DNA from: an uncultured Fibrobacterota bacterium
GTDB lineage: Bacteria; Fibrobacterota; Chitinivibrionia; Chitinivibrionales; Chitinispirillaceae
NCBI GenBank assembly: GCA_963803935.1
Contig: CAWDOZ010000133.1
Span: 37,882 to 101,881 of the forward strand
Direction: 5' to 3'
Length of the DNA stretch: 64,000 nucleotides
Below the pieces are notes generated by a model. That model saw only the letters and a list, made by a program, of their open reading frames with translations. It was not told the origin of the DNA and did not search any database. Of the stretch, positions 62,774 through 64,000 are shown in pieces. How positions within the stretch are numbered: the stretch's first letter is position 1; every line of letters begins with the position of its first letter. A program made the translations under genes and the position numbers.

Positions 62774-63664
62774 ATGCATGGTTTAAAAACAGCAGTATTT
62801 TTATTCATTTGGACCGTACTAATTCTGGCAGGCTGTGCCGGTACTTATAATGCCCAGGATATCCCAGCATTGGTAAAAAGTGGGAACGCCCGGTTGAAAA
62901 TGAATCAGGAGGCCCAGGCCGAAAAATGCTACCGTTCTGCGGTAGGAATTTATAAAAAATCTGCCAAAGAGAGCGTTCCCTATATTAGCGATGTTGCAGA
63001 AGCTTATTGCAGAATCGGCGATATTTACTATACCAAATATTTAAAAATAGATATTAATGGAATAGATGCGAATGCAGTAAGAGAAAAATTAATGCAAAAA
63101 AACCAGGCGCTTGAAATACCGGCTGAGAATTTCGGGAATGCCATTTCAATTGCAACCGCAAGGTGGACGATATATGCCACGTATATGATTGGAACGTCAT
63201 TTGTTGATATGGCTACCGCTATAGAGAGGCAACCGCTTTTTGGGAATGCTGCTCAACAGGTTGCTTCAAAGATTAAACTGCGATCAAGCCTTGAAAAATA
63301 TTACAATAAGGCAAACACCTACTACAAAAAGAATATCGACTGGTCTCGTACGCAGAATATTAAAGATGAATATATCGATAGCTCCATGAACCGATCCGTA
63401 GAAATGACATACCGCTTAGGGGACAATATGGAAGAGGTCGGCCGACTCCTGAAGAATGCTCCGATGCCATCAAACCTGTCAGAAAGTGAAAAAAACGCGT
63501 TTGCGCTGGCACTAGAACACAAATGGCTTGAGGCACGGAAAGCAGCTCTTCCCTATTATAAGCAAGCTGTACAGGCAGCGTCCGATTTAGGTATCACGCA
63601 AAGTTCGTGGCTTAACATGGCGCTTTTACGTATTAGCGATATTAGTGCAGATACCTCAAAATAG
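62774..63664 (+). CDS. hypothetical lipoprotein (helical, TPR-like), in an AT-rich segment
   Basis: It has a lipobox (VLILAGC) after a hydrophobic signal. The composition is Lys/Asn/Tyr-rich and much more AT-rich than the core of the window. Confidence 0.6.
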   Translation: MHGLKTAVFLFIWTVLILAGCAGTYNAQDIPALVKSGNARLKMNQEAQAEKCYRSAVGIYKKSAKESVPYISDVAEAYCRIGDIYYTKYLKIDINGIDANAVREKLMQKNQALEIPAENFGNAISIATARWTIYATYMIGTSFVDMATAIERQPLFGNAAQQVASKIKLRSSLEKYYNKANTYYKKNIDWSRTQNIKDEYIDSSMNRSVEMTYRLGDNMEEVGRLLKNAPMPSNLSESEKNAFALALEHKWLEARKAALPYYKQAVQAASDLGITQSSWLNMALLRISDISADTSK

Positions 63665-63862
63665 AATTTACCTGGGCGCAATTTATTTGATAAAAAGATT
63701 GAAAAAATGGTGGTAGGTTGAAAGGCTTTCCCAAGCGTTTCCACTCTTCATAAGCAGAATTTTTTAAAAATCTCAAACCGGGCAAATATGAAGATAAATG
63801 ATATAAATATGTTTCTTGGAATAATCTATATAAGCCGGATTTCCTCGGCAAGCTACTTAATA

Positions 63863-64000
63863 CTATATCTTAATCTTAACGCCTGCCTTTATTTCAAATG
63901 CATAATATCCTGATGATGGTACTGCACCAGGGAGGATAACTACCCCATACTTTTTATAACTATAATCCCATTCAACAAATGGAATTACCCTTCCAGGATT
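63863..64000 (-). CDS. 3' end of an unidentified gene (N-terminus beyond the window)
   Basis: An open frame of 45 codons runs from the window edge to TAG at 63865-63863 (...VILPGAVPSSGYYAFEIKAGVKIKI*). The alternating pattern resembles the last strands of a beta-barrel. Support is weak. Confidence 0.3.
   Translation of the reverse strand, partial: NPGRVIPFVEWDYSYKKYGVVILPGAVPSSGYYAFEIKAGVKIKI

Overview
This was analysed by hand with no tools. Coordinates were derived by counting from the ORF track and the printed sequence. The window is a mostly GC-rich bacterial chromosomal segment. AT-rich stretches occur only at both ends (about 1-960 and 62400-64000), inside an IS630-family element, and in a few spacers. 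A T9SS-type C-terminal sorting domain, an envelope protein with an FGE-sulfatase domain (the GldJ/GldK fold) and many TPR proteins suggest an FCB-superphylum organism (Bacteroidota/Fibrobacterota-like), but that is inference. Left to right the window contains: (1) small secreted proteins; (2) an exopolysaccharide locus with a PfkB kinase, a CgeB-like GT, a Wzz/BY-kinase-like co-polymerase, the initiating sugar-phosphate transferase, a heparinase II/III-like protein, GDP-mannose 6-dehydrogenase, three GT4s and a Wzx flippase; (3) a co-directional 14-kb minus-strand block, listed below; (4) a CNNM transporter; (5) a second gene pair of a two-CW-type protein plus a ferritin-like protein; (6) an IS630 element; (7) a PIN remnant; (8) lepA; (9) an aromatic amino-acid operon (trpB, trpA, a eukaryote-type chorismate mutase, tyrA, a degenerate aroA-like gene); (10) bioB, engB and trpD; (11) two hybrid histidine kinases and a heme-binding protein; (12) folE; (13) a second ferritin-like paralog; (14) ptsI, glgP and tRNA-Ser(GCU). 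The minus-strand block holds a TPR protein, a CHB_HEX_C-repeat/PKD/FGE-sulfatase protein, a TPR gene of about 2,100 aa split at a C7 tract, a small protein, a PAS histidine kinase, a Cys-rich two-CW-type protein and a LamG protein. The most striking non-coding signal is a family of modular head-to-tail hairpin mosaic repeats in at least seven intergenic regions. A separate two-copy element (hairpin plus a 45-nt conserved core) sits next to the two-CW and ferritin-like genes. At least five genes, including engB and ptsI, are interrupted by single-nucleotide indels. The assembly therefore probably carries indel errors, and pseudogene or phase-variation readings need caution.
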